A stretch of 64,000 bases of DNA, from positions 1,216,001-1,280,000 of the forward strand of contig CAXXLL010000003.1 of the NCBI GenBank assembly GCA_963662545.2. Direction: 5' to 3'. Shown here one piece after another: positions 1 through 11,526 of this stretch; position 1 is the first letter of the stretch; every line of letters starts with the position of its first letter. The stretch is from Gammaproteobacteria bacterium (GTDB lineage Bacteria > Pseudomonadota > Gammaproteobacteria > Ga0077536). Below the pieces are notes generated by a model. That model did no database searches. It had not been told where the DNA came from and saw only the letters and a list, made by a program, of their open reading frames with translations. Position numbers and translations under genes: made by a program.

Positions 1-464
1 CCGTTCATTTCTTCATAGATCTGGAACATGCGTATAAGGTGACCGTTCCGGATCGCGAATTCGTCGTTGCCGCGATAACCGAGTTTCTGCGCATCGTCCA
101 GATCGGCAACGCGCAGAGGCTGCAGGAGATGTTCGTTCCAGCTATAAACGTGGATCTTGGCTAAATGGCCGTCCGGATGACTGAAGGTCACTACCACTTC
201 GAATCCGCCGTCCTCGTTCAAATCTGCAACGAAACTGTTTGACAGCGTGCCCGTGTAAGACGCAGTCAGGCGCGACAGCAACAGTTCCTCGTTCTCGACG
301 GTGACCTGGTAATCCGCGTCTGACAACACCGATTGAGCATCCGGTGCGACCGTCACCCGGTAGTTCCCGAACTGGTGTTGGCCGACGGCGTAGGCCGGCA
401 GCGGGCTCAGGGCCGCTGCCGCCACGAGCAGCGCGGCGGTTACGATCGATAACGATTCATACAT
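1..464 (-). CDS. Secreted PliI-like lysozyme-inhibitor family protein (3' end outside window)
   Basis: Hand-translated from ATG at 464: MYESLSIVTAALLVAAAALSPLPAYA signal peptide, then ...FVADLNEDGGFEVVV...GYRGNDEFAIRNGHLIRMFQIY, matching the PliI-like DLxxDG / GYxGxDxF pattern. Confidence 0.55.
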   Translation of the reverse strand, partial: MYESLSIVTAALLVAAAALSPLPAYAVGQHQFGNYRVTVAPDAQSVLSDADYQVTVENEELLLSRLTASYTGTLSNSFVADLNEDGGFEVVVTFSHPDGHLAKIHVYSWNEHLLQPLRVADLDDAQKLGYRGNDEFAIRNGHLIRMFQIYEEMN

Positions 465-596
465 TTTGACAACGGTGCCTCCGAAACGGCTTGGGGGTGA
501 TTTCCCTGGGCTATTCTACGTCCGCGGACGCGTACTTCCACGCCACTTGCCCGCACCACGGCGCGCGTCACCACTCGATTTATTCGCCCTCGGCGC

Positions 597-624
597 TTGA
601 CATTCATGAGTTCGCCGCTATATT
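597..624 (+). promoter_or_regulatory. groESL promoter
   Basis: TTGACA (597-602), 16-nt spacer, TATATT (619-624). Confidence 0.6.
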
Positions 625-625
625 T

Positions 626-652
626 CTGGCACTACTCAAGGGAGAGTGCTAA
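626..652 (+). promoter_or_regulatory. CIRCE element (HrcA operator)
   Basis: CTGGCACTA-N9-GAGTGCTAA vs consensus TTAGCACTC-N9-GAGTGCTAA, between promoter and groES. Confidence 0.85.
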
Positions 653-714
653 TAGCGCTCAATCAAAACCATTAAAATCAATCAGTTAAAAATCGTTTGA
701 GGAGAAAATAAGGT

Positions 715-1002
715 ATGAAGATTCGACCCCTACACGATCGAGTCATCGTTAAGCGCTGGGATGAGGAAAAGACCTCGCCCGGCGGTATCGTGATCCCCGA
801 CTCCGCCGCCGAAAAGCCGATCAAGGGCGAGGTGGTGGCCGTGGGCAACGGAAAGATACTGGAAAACGGTGAACAGCGCCCACTCGACCTGAAAGTCGGC
901 GACAAGATTCTTTTCGGAAAATATTCCGGAACTGAAGTCAAAGTCGACGACGAGGAACTCCTCGTCATGCGCGAAGACGACATCATGGCTGTATTCGACT
1001 GA
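715..1002 (+). CDS. groES: Co-chaperonin GroES
   Basis: [14 protein letters not shown]...[13 protein letters not shown]; GAGGAG RBS. Confidence 0.99.
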   Translation: MKIRPLHDRVIVKRWDEEKTSPGGIVIPDSAAEKPIKGEVVAVGNGKILENGEQRPLDLKVGDKILFGKYSGTEVKVDDEELLVMREDDIMAVFD

Positions 1003-1014
1003 AACTGCGGCTAA

Positions 1015-2688
<1,674 letters not shown>

Positions 2689-2716
2689 GCCAGTTTCACC
2701 CAGACCTTTCTCGTTC

Positions 2717-2748
2717 AGAACCCCGCTCAGGCGGGGTTCTTTTTTTTT
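2717..2748 (+). terminator. Rho-independent terminator of groESL
   Basis: AGAACCCCGC-TCAG-GCGGGGTTCT followed by a T run. Confidence 0.92.
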
Positions 2749-3028
2749 ACCGTTTGGATAAAGGCTCGCCCACCTATTGGCGTGCGACCACGCGCGGCGA
2801 TTTCTGCCCATTTGCGACACGTCTGTCGCCCCCGTGGGACATACTGTTTAGCAGCCCTCTCTGAGACTGCTACATGATCTCTTAATTTCAGTCACTTAGG
2901 GTGTGTAATTGATTAAAGATCTCATGGCACGATAATTGGATCACATTGGTCGAACGCGCTTAAGGGAATCGGACGGCGAAGCCGTTAAAGGTTCCAGGAG
3001 AGCTGAAATCGAGTCAGGAGCTTGTACC

Positions 3029-3652
3029 GTGAGCACCACCGACCTAAGTTTGATCACGTCCATTAGCGTTCGCGAGCACTTTCGCGATGCGCTGGAGACA
3101 GCCACTCATAACCAGGAAGTCGAACTCGGCAATACGACTTTCGTCTACGTCGTCAATCTTCTGACCGAATATTGTGATTCGCGCGCGCTCAATGCCGTAT
3201 CCGACGACGGCCGGCATATCAAACCACTGGCGTTGATCTACGCCGAGGCGATCAGCGCGCCCTTACCCGACCACCGCAATCGCGCCCTGCAGAAGCTCGG
3301 TGACATCGCGTTGTTCATCGGCGGCCTGTTCACTGACAGTCTTCGCCGCCGCGTCGTCGACATCGACTATTACATCGGCATGGGTGAGGCTGCCTACGGC
3401 GCTCTCCACGCTTCGATGCCGGCAGGAACCGACCGGTTTCTGACCGCTGAATTGTTCGATGACCTGTGCCAAAAGTTCGCGGTGCTGGTGGATCTGCTCG
3501 GCGAAATAGGGGAGATGAGCGGTCTCAAATCGAACAGTGACGTATTACGCGCCTACGAAATCTGGCTAAAGACCGGCAGCGACCGTGCACGACGGCAACT
3601 CATTCGTAACGGCATTCAACCCCTGACCATGAACCCGTCGGCCGTTCATTAG
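3029..3652 (+). CDS. Conserved hypothetical protein (first of a coupled pair)
   Basis: GTG at 3029 after AGGAG; motifs LQKLGDIALFIGGLF and DYYIGMGEAAY. Confidence 0.75.
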   Translation: MSTTDLSLITSISVREHFRDALETATHNQEVELGNTTFVYVVNLLTEYCDSRALNAVSDDGRHIKPLALIYAEAISAPLPDHRNRALQKLGDIALFIGGLFTDSLRRRVVDIDYYIGMGEAAYGALHASMPAGTDRFLTAELFDDLCQKFAVLVDLLGEIGEMSGLKSNSDVLRAYEIWLKTGSDRARRQLIRNGIQPLTMNPSAVH

Positions 3653-3655
3653 GAA

Positions 3656-4312
3656 ATGACCGACATGCTGTTGACTCGCCTTCAGCACCAATTGTCCGCG
3701 CTTTACGAAACGCCGGTAGAGCATTGCATCATGGACTTCCTCGTGACTGACGCCCGGCTCGCAGCGTCCCTGGCCGCCGATACTTCAGGGCAGCAAAAGC
3801 GCGAGCAGCTGTTATTGCGACAGTCCGACGGATGTCTCGATATCTCATTATATATCGATCAAGATATCCTGAATGCGCTGGCCGATGAAGATCCTTGTGA
3901 GCGGCTTACCGCCAACAATCTGAACGATTTTTTAGTCGCATTGGAAGGCGTCAGTCACTTCAATTACGTGCTTTGGAACGCGGTTTACGAAAAATCCGTA
4001 ACCCAGCTCGAACTCGAACTGCAGGCTGAAGTCGATAAGTTCGTAACCACCACGATGCTGCTGTTCAATCAAGGCGCATATGGCGCACTGGAGTCGTTTC
4101 ACGAAGCGCTGTTTACGAACGTAAGCTTCGATAGCGAGCTAAACGAACAGGACGAAGCGCGCTACCGCGCGGCCAATCACTACGCTGCGAAATACTGCGA
4201 CGGTCTGAGCCGACGGTTTCCTCGAAAGCACCGAGAACCGTCGTTCATCAACGAACTCCGGCGGTTCTATCGCATGCCGCAGAACGAAAAAATCAGAATG
4301 ATCGAAAGCTGA
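3656..4312 (+). CDS. Conserved hypothetical protein with degenerate zincin-like motif
   Basis: Starts 3 nt after the upstream stop; ALEGVSHF...LELELQAEVDK. Confidence 0.75.
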   Translation: MTDMLLTRLQHQLSALYETPVEHCIMDFLVTDARLAASLAADTSGQQKREQLLLRQSDGCLDISLYIDQDILNALADEDPCERLTANNLNDFLVALEGVSHFNYVLWNAVYEKSVTQLELELQAEVDKFVTTTMLLFNQGAYGALESFHEALFTNVSFDSELNEQDEARYRAANHYAAKYCDGLSRRFPRKHREPSFINELRRFYRMPQNEKIRMIES

Positions 4313-4371
4313 GAATGCCGGTTGATTCTCGGATTTAAGTAGCGAGGCGCACTTTTGTTGCAAATGCCCGT

Positions 4372-4710
4372 TTAGTCCCGGATTTTCTTGTGCAGATGCG
4401 GAAGAGTCTCCGGTTTGCCCCGGATCATATATCGGTGCTCGTCCCCGGTTGCCGTAACGTTTTCGTACACGCCCTCGTCGCGTTTGACGAGCTTGGTAAA
4501 CCCGGTGTTCTTGTAGGTGGAGTTACCGGTTGGGAAGGAGATGGCGACGGTGGACATGAGCTTTCTGACGGGGGCGTCGAAATCGGTCTCAGCCAGGGGT
4601 CTTTGCGCAGCAAAACAGAGTTCGCCCCAATTTCTGATGACGAAATCCATATCGTGTTTGACGGTTACGGTTTCACCGTTAGCCTCGCAAATATATTCGT
4701 AATTTGGCAT
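4372..4710 (-). CDS. Zinc-ribbon (FmdB-like) domain protein
   Basis: MPNYEYICEAN N-terminus; GFTKLVKRDEGVYENV. Confidence 0.75.
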   Translation of the reverse strand: MPNYEYICEANGETVTVKHDMDFVIRNWGELCFAAQRPLAETDFDAPVRKLMSTVAISFPTGNSTYKNTGFTKLVKRDEGVYENVTATGDEHRYMIRGKPETLPHLHKKIRD

Positions 4711-4841
4711 CGTTTCGGTCGCCCGGAATCACAAGTGAAAGGGCTGATAATTAGCGTCGTTTCAGGCCCCCGATCAGTTTAGCAGCCTTCGACCTCGAAT
4801 CTTTAACGCGGATATCTCAGCAAGATTGGGGATAGTGCCAT

Positions 4842-5567
4842 TCAATCCTTTTCCTTTATCCGCGCGAGAAATTCGCCCACACTGCTCGACCGATTATCCC
4901 CGATTGCCTGGGCGAGATCGCCGTGATCGTCGAGTGGTGGAAAATTCAAGCCTTGGCGGCGGCAATACGCGGCAACCGGCGGATGCGTCCACTCAAAAGC
5001 CAGGCGGGAGAAATCCTCGTCGCTGATCCGGCGCCGTTCGTAAAAGCCGGCAGCCCGCCTCTGACGCATGGCTTCGTACAAGATCAATGCGGTCGCGACC
5101 GAGACATTCAACGATTCGACTACACCCTGGACGGGGATACGAACGCAAGTGTCGGCGCCCTCGACCGCTTTCTCCGACAAGCCGTCGAGTTCGTTGCCGA
5201 CCGCGATCGCGGTCGGCCTTGTATAGTCAATCTGATCGAATTCGATCGCATCGGCGCGGAGGACGGTCGCGACGATGGCGAAACCCTCGTGTTTGAGATG
5301 TCGGTAGGCGTCTGCGATACTCGCATGCGTAGCGACCGCTACCCACTTCTCGGCGCCGCTGGCGCGTTTATGTCCCAAATGAAGGTGCCCATCGCGACTG
5401 ACTGCGTGAATCCATCCGATCCCGACGGCATCGCAGGTGCGGGCGATGGCGGCGAGATTATGGGTTTTGTGCACGCCATCCATGATTATCGTCAGATCGG
5501 GTTGACGACGGTTCAGCATCTCCACAATGCGTTGATATCGTGTGTTAGTCACCACTATTTGCTGCAT
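4842..5567 (-). CDS. trmH: tRNA (guanosine-18-2'-O)-methyltransferase, SpoU family
   Basis: HKTHNLAAIARTCDAVG, GNELDG, SLNVSVATALILYEA. Confidence 0.92.
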   Translation of the reverse strand: MQQIVVTNTRYQRIVEMLNRRQPDLTIIMDGVHKTHNLAAIARTCDAVGIGWIHAVSRDGHLHLGHKRASGAEKWVAVATHASIADAYRHLKHEGFAIVATVLRADAIEFDQIDYTRPTAIAVGNELDGLSEKAVEGADTCVRIPVQGVVESLNVSVATALILYEAMRQRRAAGFYERRRISDEDFSRLAFEWTHPPVAAYCRRQGLNFPPLDDHGDLAQAIGDNRSSSVGEFLARIKEKD

Positions 5568-5605
5568 TCGGTGACGTCGTTTTCACGCGTAATCGATCGC
5601 AACGC

Positions 5606-5827
5606 CTATTTGGCAGACAAAACCGCACTCACTGACGCGTAGGTTGAAACGCAATAGGGAACGCAGAAGGTCAACATCATTTTCATCCATTCATTGGGCA
5701 GAATAGCTCCGATGATCAGTCGATCACCATAATTGATAGCGATCAGAATGGTACCGACTATCATGGCGACCTTGCTCGAGCGGGTAACAATATCCCGGCG
5801 CGTCGCAATCCGCAGCCACTCAATCAT
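5606..5827 (-). CDS. NrtS-family small membrane protein
   Basis: VAMIVGTILIAINYGD...LTFCVPYCVSTY. Confidence 0.75.
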   Translation of the reverse strand: MIEWLRIATRRDIVTRSSKVAMIVGTILIAINYGDRLIIGAILPNEWMKMMLTFCVPYCVSTYASVSAVLSAK

Positions 5828-5899
5828 ATTCCAGCCGAATCGAGCCGGGTGTAGCAATTGGTCGATTCAAAACGCATTGTTCCGTCTCGCAATCAGGAC

Positions 5900-6316
5900 T
5901 CAATAACGGCCGCGTCGACGCAGCCGATCGTGTCCTTTACTGCGCTCGGTAGAACCGTTGAGAATCGATCCGAGCGCACTCCAGAAACCATCGTTGCGTG
6001 ACGTTTCGACTGTGCCCGAAGGCGCTGATGGTTTCACTTGCCGATCGGCTTGACTGACCGCTTCGGTAACGGGTTGAGCGGGCGCGTTCTGTACAAGACA
6101 TGATTTGAGCGCCGTACGTCGCACGAGAGCACGCTCTTTGGATTGCAATGGAGACTCGCTTTGAGCCTGCATCTCGGCCACCATCGCCGCCGCATGGACT
6201 TCACAATATTTTTCGATGTCGCGGCTTTCGTCGGCGAAGGCCCTACCCCATGCGATGTAGACACCGATGACACAAACTGATGCAGATAACCAAGCGATAT
6301 GAATTCTTGTTTTCAT
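5900..6316 (-). CDS. Hypothetical exported protein
   Basis: N-terminal hydrophobic segment ending AFA; RBS-like GGAG/AAGG upstream. Confidence 0.55.
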   Translation of the reverse strand: MKTRIHIAWLSASVCVIGVYIAWGRAFADESRDIEKYCEVHAAAMVAEMQAQSESPLQSKERALVRRTALKSCLVQNAPAQPVTEAVSQADRQVKPSAPSGTVETSRNDGFWSALGSILNGSTERSKGHDRLRRRGRY

Positions 6317-6539
6317 AAGGCCTTATACTTACTCCACACAAAGCGTGCCGATATTCGAACGCGCTCGAATCATGTGCATGATTGAAATCGAACCGCTGCG
6401 ACACCCAGCCGCATATGCCAACGCTGAGTTGAACCACCGCCGTACATGATACATTGGCACCCGTTTGTCATGCGGTCAATTGTCGGCCGCCGGTTTCATA
6501 AACAATGGCGCCGCGCGGCCATTCGACGACTGTATCGAC

Positions 6540-7466
6540 GTGATTGAAACTTCCGGCCTGATCTATGAATACCCCAGGCTGCGCGCGCTGGACGATGTTA
6601 GCTTTTCGGTCGAGGCCGGCACGATCACGGCCTTGGTTGGCCCGAACGGCGCGGGCAAGACCACGCTCATGCGCTGCCTCGCCGGAATGGACCGGCCGCT
6701 GGCAGGTTCGATCGTGGTAAACGGTGTAGATGTCATCGAAGAACCGCGTCGAAGCCACGAGTCGATCGGCTATCTGTCGGATTTCTTCGGGCTCTACGAC
6801 GATTTGACCGTAGGCCAGTCGCTCACCTACGTGGCGAGCGCGAATGGCGTCGACCCATCCGGAGTCGCATCCGTCGTAAATCAGACGGCAACGGATCTCG
6901 GGCTCGCAGAGCGCCTCGATCAGCGTGCAGGGGATCTGTCGCGCGGCCTGCGCCAGCGCGTCGCGATCGCGCACGCGATCATCCATGCGCCGCGCGTAGT
7001 CATACTCGACGAACCGGCTTCCGGACTCGATCCTGAAGCGCGCTATGAACTCGGTGAATTGTTTCTGAACCTGCGAAGCCGCGGTCTTACCTTGCTTATC
7101 TCATCTCACATATTGTCGGAGCTGGAAGCGTATTCAACCCATATGCTGATTCTTCGGGAGGGGCGCCTGATCGAACATCGTGCGCTCGATACGAACCTGG
7201 AATCGCGATCCCAGATGGAAATTGAAATTGTCGGCGAAGATACGCGATTGATAGCAACGCTCGAAGGGCACGACCGCATCTCGGCGCTGGAACGTTCCGA
7301 GCATGGCTGGCGCTTCGTGTTCGCCGGCGGCGCAAGCGACCGCGCGGCGCTGCTCAGAACGCTAGTCGACCTAGGGCTTGAGGTTTCGAGCTTCGCCCCC
7401 GTAACCGAAGACCTCCAGCAGTCATATCTCCGGTCAATAGGCCGGCTGAATGATGATGAATCCTGA
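6540..7466 (+). CDS. ABC transporter ATP-binding protein
   Basis: Walker A GPNGAGKTT, signature LSRGLRQR, Walker B ILDEP; probable GTG start at 6540. Confidence 0.93.
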   Translation: MIETSGLIYEYPRLRALDDVSFSVEAGTITALVGPNGAGKTTLMRCLAGMDRPLAGSIVVNGVDVIEEPRRSHESIGYLSDFFGLYDDLTVGQSLTYVASANGVDPSGVASVVNQTATDLGLAERLDQRAGDLSRGLRQRVAIAHAIIHAPRVVILDEPASGLDPEARYELGELFLNLRSRGLTLLISSHILSELEAYSTHMLILREGRLIEHRALDTNLESRSQMEIEIVGEDTRLIATLEGHDRISALERSEHGWRFVFAGGASDRAALLRTLVDLGLEVSSFAPVTEDLQQSYLRSIGRLNDDES

Positions 7467-8757
7467 ACTCAAACGTAATCTCTGGCTCGAGCTCAGCGCA
7501 CACCGGTTGATACTCGCGCCGGTAGTCATTTTCGCGATCGCGTTCGCCGCCCGGGCGATGCTGCCTTCGTTGGCCCTGTTCGGGTTCGTCCTTATCGCGG
7601 TGTTCTGGGGCGCACGGCAGGCCGCCGCCGCCGTCATCGAAGAAGCGCGGGAGAGGACCTGGGACATTCAGCGAATGTCGTCGATGGATCCCTGGGCCAT
7701 GACCTGGGGCAAGCTCCTCGGAGCGACGTCAATCGCTTGGTATGGCGGCGCAATCTGTCTCGTCATCTACCTCGGAAGCGGTTCTGGCGCCGATCAAGGA
7801 CAGCGTCTCATGACGGCCGGCAGCGTCGTTTTCGGCGCGCTCCTTGCACAGACCGCGGCGATGACCGCGGGATTGGTGGGCATGCGTTTGCAGCGGCGCA
7901 TCAATACGCGGTTCAGCAATACCTTGCTCGTGGTGGTATTGCTCGTGGTCCTCGGGCAGGTACTGGACGTATTCGATGCCACCGATGGGATCCTCTGGTA
8001 CGGCATCGCGGCCGACCGGTTGACGTTCATCGCATGTTCGACCGCAGTGTTCGCCGCGTGGGGCATCATCGGCGCCTACCGCGCCATGTGCACCGAGCTC
8101 CAGGTCCGAACAACGCCCTGGTTGTGGATCGGTTTCGCGCTGTTTATAGGCCTCTACGCCACGGGGTTCTCGACGGGATTCGAACCGACGCTGACGAATA
8201 TCGCGATGCGCGCGGCGTCCAACGCAGCGGTTGCCGCGATCGTTCTGAGTTATGTCGCCGCCTTCTCCGCACCCCGCGATCCCATCGATTACCGACGCGT
8301 GCTGCGATCGCTCATCGGCGGGAGAATCAAACGCGCGGTCGAGGAAATGCCGTTGTGGTCCTCCTCGGCAATGCTTGCCCTGTTCCTGGGACTGGTTAAC
8401 CTGGCGGGTGGTTCCGCGCCCTATTTGAGCAACGAACGTTTCGACAATCTTGGATCGGCCGCCCTGGCGCTGGCGTTCATGATGTTGCGCGACGTGGCCT
8501 TACTGACCTATTTCAGTTTCAGTTCGCCGGCGCGGCGCACGGTGGGAATGACCGTAATTTACATCTTAATGCTGGATGCCTTGATTCCTGCGATCCTGAA
8601 ATTGGCGAATCTCGACCTGCTCGCCACCGTGGTCATGCCCACATCGGCGATGTACGACACGCCGATATCCGCCGTCGTCGTCTTTGCCGTTCATCTGGTT
8701 ATTGCCGCAACACTGGCCGTACGGGCCTACCGCGCGGCGCTGCCCTCCTTCAATTGA
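7450..8757 (+). CDS. ABC-2 type permease-like membrane protein
   Basis: Overlaps the ATPase gene; many TM segments; EARERTWD...WGKLLG motif. Confidence 0.75.
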   Translation: MMMNPELKRNLWLELSAHRLILAPVVIFAIAFAARAMLPSLALFGFVLIAVFWGARQAAAAVIEEARERTWDIQRMSSMDPWAMTWGKLLGATSIAWYGGAICLVIYLGSGSGADQGQRLMTAGSVVFGALLAQTAAMTAGLVGMRLQRRINTRFSNTLLVVVLLVVLGQVLDVFDATDGILWYGIAADRLTFIACSTAVFAAWGIIGAYRAMCTELQVRTTPWLWIGFALFIGLYATGFSTGFEPTLTNIAMRAASNAAVAAIVLSYVAAFSAPRDPIDYRRVLRSLIGGRIKRAVEEMPLWSSSAMLALFLGLVNLAGGSAPYLSNERFDNLGSAALALAFMMLRDVALLTYFSFSSPARRTVGMTVIYILMLDALIPAILKLANLDLLATVVMPTSAMYDTPISAVVVFAVHLVIAATLAVRAYRAALPSFN

Positions 8758-9943
8758 CGAGATGATCGAAGATTCGAAAACCGGCAACGTAAGTTCCGAT
8801 TGCCGATCCGAGGGTGCTCAGAAAAAACACGAGCAAGGTGCGCGCGACGCGATTCTTGCGCCAGCCGGCCAGCGTCGTGGTGTCCCGGCGCAATTCACCG
8901 AAGTCCGCGACCGTTGGCTTACGGATCCACGCCTCGACCAGCGCCGTGACCATGCCGGCACCGATCGTGGGATTCAGTGAAGTCAACGGCGCACCCACGA
9001 AACCGCTCAGCATCGTCAGCGGATGTCCTCCAGCTATCGCAACGCCCAGCGTGGCGAGACCGCCGTTGATCAATACCCATTCCATAACGAGCGTCCATCC
9101 GAGTTCGGGACTCCGATAAAAACCGACGCTAAACCCAGCCAGTATGAGCGCAACGATGATCCACGGGATAAACTTAAACCAGCGCCGCGCCGGTGGATTT
9201 TCCTCGAGTTCGCGCATGCGCCGCCGTCGATCTTCGAATCCCTGATCGAGGTATCGCTGAATCCCCTTCAAATGGCCGGCGCCGACGATGGCGAGCATGC
9301 GCCCCGAACGACCATCGCTCAGCTCGAGCAATTGTGCGGCCATATACTGGTCGCGCTCGTCGATCAGCGGCCCGTAAATTGCGCCCGCGCTATCAGCAAA
9401 CTGCGCGAAGGTGCTTTCCAGCATATCGCCTTCCTTCAATGCCTCGATATCTTCCTCGGAGATTTCGTCGTCCACGACGACGCTCGCGAACAAGCCGGAG
9501 AACAAATATAGACGCTTCCACCACGGCACGTTTCGATAGATCCTGCGAAGCGTCGTGCCAATATCACGGTCGATAAGATGGAGTTCCAACTTATGCTTAG
9601 CCGCACCGTCGATCGCCGCGCGCATTTCCGCCCCGGGCTCGATGCCGAATTGTTCGGCGATCCGTTGTTGAAAGGCGCCCATGGCGAGCATGGCCGTTAC
9701 CATCGGCGCCTTGCCCGCCCGAATGACCTCGAAAAGATTCATGCGGCCGAGTGCGCCGGGATCGACTATGCCGCGATGCCGGTTGGAACAGAGCTCGACG
9801 GCTATTTGATCGTAAGCGCCAGAATCGATCTCCCGGGCGACCGCTTCGACGCTCGTGCGCGACACGTGAGCCGTACCGAGCAAGCGCAACTCTAAGGCTC
9901 CGAGCGCAATGTCCGCGATCGGTTGTCCGTCTAGCGAATTCAT
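8750..9943 (-). CDS. TraB/GumN (pheromone shutdown-like) family protein
   Basis: LLGTAHVS, VELC, PGAEM, LIDERDQYMA, VGAGHLKGI plus C-terminal TM helices. Confidence 0.9.
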   Translation of the reverse strand: MNSLDGQPIADIALGALELRLLGTAHVSRTSVEAVAREIDSGAYDQIAVELCSNRHRGIVDPGALGRMNLFEVIRAGKAPMVTAMLAMGAFQQRIAEQFGIEPGAEMRAAIDGAAKHKLELHLIDRDIGTTLRRIYRNVPWWKRLYLFSGLFASVVVDDEISEEDIEALKEGDMLESTFAQFADSAGAIYGPLIDERDQYMAAQLLELSDGRSGRMLAIVGAGHLKGIQRYLDQGFEDRRRRMRELEENPPARRWFKFIPWIIVALILAGFSVGFYRSPELGWTLVMEWVLINGGLATLGVAIAGGHPLTMLSGFVGAPLTSLNPTIGAGMVTALVEAWIRKPTVADFGELRRDTTTLAGWRKNRVARTLLVFFLSTLGSAIGTYVAGFRIFDHLVN

Positions 9944-10479
9944 AGTTCAGGTTCTTTACCGGGATCTACCGCAAATCCGTAACGCAACCAGTTGCGGCCG
10001 AGCAGCAGCTTTTCGCCTGAACGACTGCGATCGTTCAGATTAGTCAGTACCCGATACGCTGTGCCCCGGTGCCGTACAGTGAGGTAGACGTGGTAGCGAA
10101 GTTCACGACAATCAGCCGTGCGAATACCGCGCACCTCTTCGATTTTTGCGGTCACTTGGCGACGTTCGCCATCGTGATTGACGAGAAAAAACCGCGCCAT
10201 TTTGCCAGCGTCCTCGCGCGACGGCTCATCGCCGCCGCCGATCACCGCGATCTCCTGCGCGTTGATCGACGATACGGTGGCGCCCGTATCCAAACGCGCC
10301 ACAAACTCGAGGCCCGCCTCGTGAACCATCACCGTTGCCAGCGGTGGCAGTACATTCAGCCGCGCCCACCAGGCGCCGGCAGAGAACCCGGCGCCGGCCG
10401 ACAAAAGGGCGGCGAAGGCACTTGTTGCGACATATTTTTTCAAGGGTTTCGATCCAGCGCCCGAGTCGATTCGGCTCAA
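9940..10479 (-). CDS. RimK-associated retropepsin-like protease family protein
   Basis: ARLDTGATVSSINA, NLNDRS, LLLGRNWL. Confidence 0.8.
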   Translation of the reverse strand: MSRIDSGAGSKPLKKYVATSAFAALLSAGAGFSAGAWWARLNVLPPLATVMVHEAGLEFVARLDTGATVSSINAQEIAVIGGGDEPSREDAGKMARFFLVNHDGERRQVTAKIEEVRGIRTADCRELRYHVYLTVRHRGTAYRVLTNLNDRSRSGEKLLLGRNWLRYGFAVDPGKEPEL

Positions 10480-11408
10480 TGGTAGCGATACACGAAATCG
10501 AGCCCGATTTGGAAGCCATTGTAATCGTTGCCGCCACGGCCGCGTGATTCGAAGTAACCAGCGCGCGCATCGATCGAGGCGCTATTGCCAATACCCCAGT
10601 TGACACCGCCCCGGGCGTCATAAATCGAAGCGTCGATCTGATAAGCCACGCGTTGCACAATTCGCACCTGACCCGGCGGCAGCGATGTATGACCGGGCCC
10701 TTCGAGCGCCAGAGTTTTCCCCATGGCGCGGTCCGTCGTGATCGCATTGGCGACCCGCGCGATCGCTTGATTCGGCGTCGACGTCGACACGACTTCGGCG
10801 TCGCGCCAACCGCCCGTCGCGTACAGGGTGATGCGTCGGTTCAAACGATAATCGAGATGCGCGAACAGCCGATGGGATTCGGTGTCGAACACGGCCGAGT
10901 CGCGCCCGCGACGGATATCGAAACCGTAGCCGGCACGGACCAGTAACAGGTCGCTGGGGCGAAACGCGACGGCCGCCAGCGCCGTGCCGCGCGGACCATC
11001 GCGAATCGCGCTCGACTGGTGGCGCCGATAAGCTCCCTCCAAATCGAACTCGAACCAGGGCGCGCCAAACCGGCGGACCGGCTGCAAGCGCCAGCGCAAT
11101 GCGCCCGCGGCTTCGATCGAGTCGAAATCATCGAAAGACTCCCACTTCGTAGCGACGACCGCCGCGTCGACGCCCAGGCCCAGGCTTTCGCCCAGCACCA
11201 AGGACCGTCTGAGCGTTGCACCGAGGTGGGCGCGTTCATCGCTGAAACGATCGACGCCGTGCTCGGCGCGACCGACATTGTCGTCATAGGTAAGGCCGGC
11301 ATCGACGTCCACGACCCACCCGGCCGCACGGGTTTCTACGAAGACACCCGATACACCGAGCACTACGACGATGGCGCAGCACCCGCGACGTGAGGTCGAT
11401 TGAAACAT
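10476..11408 (-). CDS. Outer-membrane beta-barrel protein
   Basis: Signal peptide, TYDDNV motif, amphipathic strands, aromatic C-terminus (FVYRYH). Confidence 0.7.
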   Translation of the reverse strand: MFQSTSRRGCCAIVVVLGVSGVFVETRAAGWVVDVDAGLTYDDNVGRAEHGVDRFSDERAHLGATLRRSLVLGESLGLGVDAAVVATKWESFDDFDSIEAAGALRWRLQPVRRFGAPWFEFDLEGAYRRHQSSAIRDGPRGTALAAVAFRPSDLLLVRAGYGFDIRRGRDSAVFDTESHRLFAHLDYRLNRRITLYATGGWRDAEVVSTSTPNQAIARVANAITTDRAMGKTLALEGPGHTSLPPGQVRIVQRVAYQIDASIYDARGGVNWGIGNSASIDARAGYFESRGRGGNDYNGFQIGLDFVYRYH

Positions 11409-11526
11409 TTATGAGAAATCACTTTATATAAATATCCTAATTATATGTTTTATTAGTTAATAATTCATTATAAAGTCGAATTTAGCCTGATTTCTCTTTC
11501 GCCATAGTGCCCGCGGGACTAAGCTG

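Noticed and set aside
2925-2940. Sigma54 promoter TGGCACGATAATTGGA before the hypothetical gene pair
   Set aside because: The -24 element is good but the -12 position is GG rather than GC, so it is not listed as a feature.
8750-9943. TraB as evidence of a conjugative element
   Set aside because: It is the TraB/GumN/PrgY family; no T4SS, relaxase or integrase is present.
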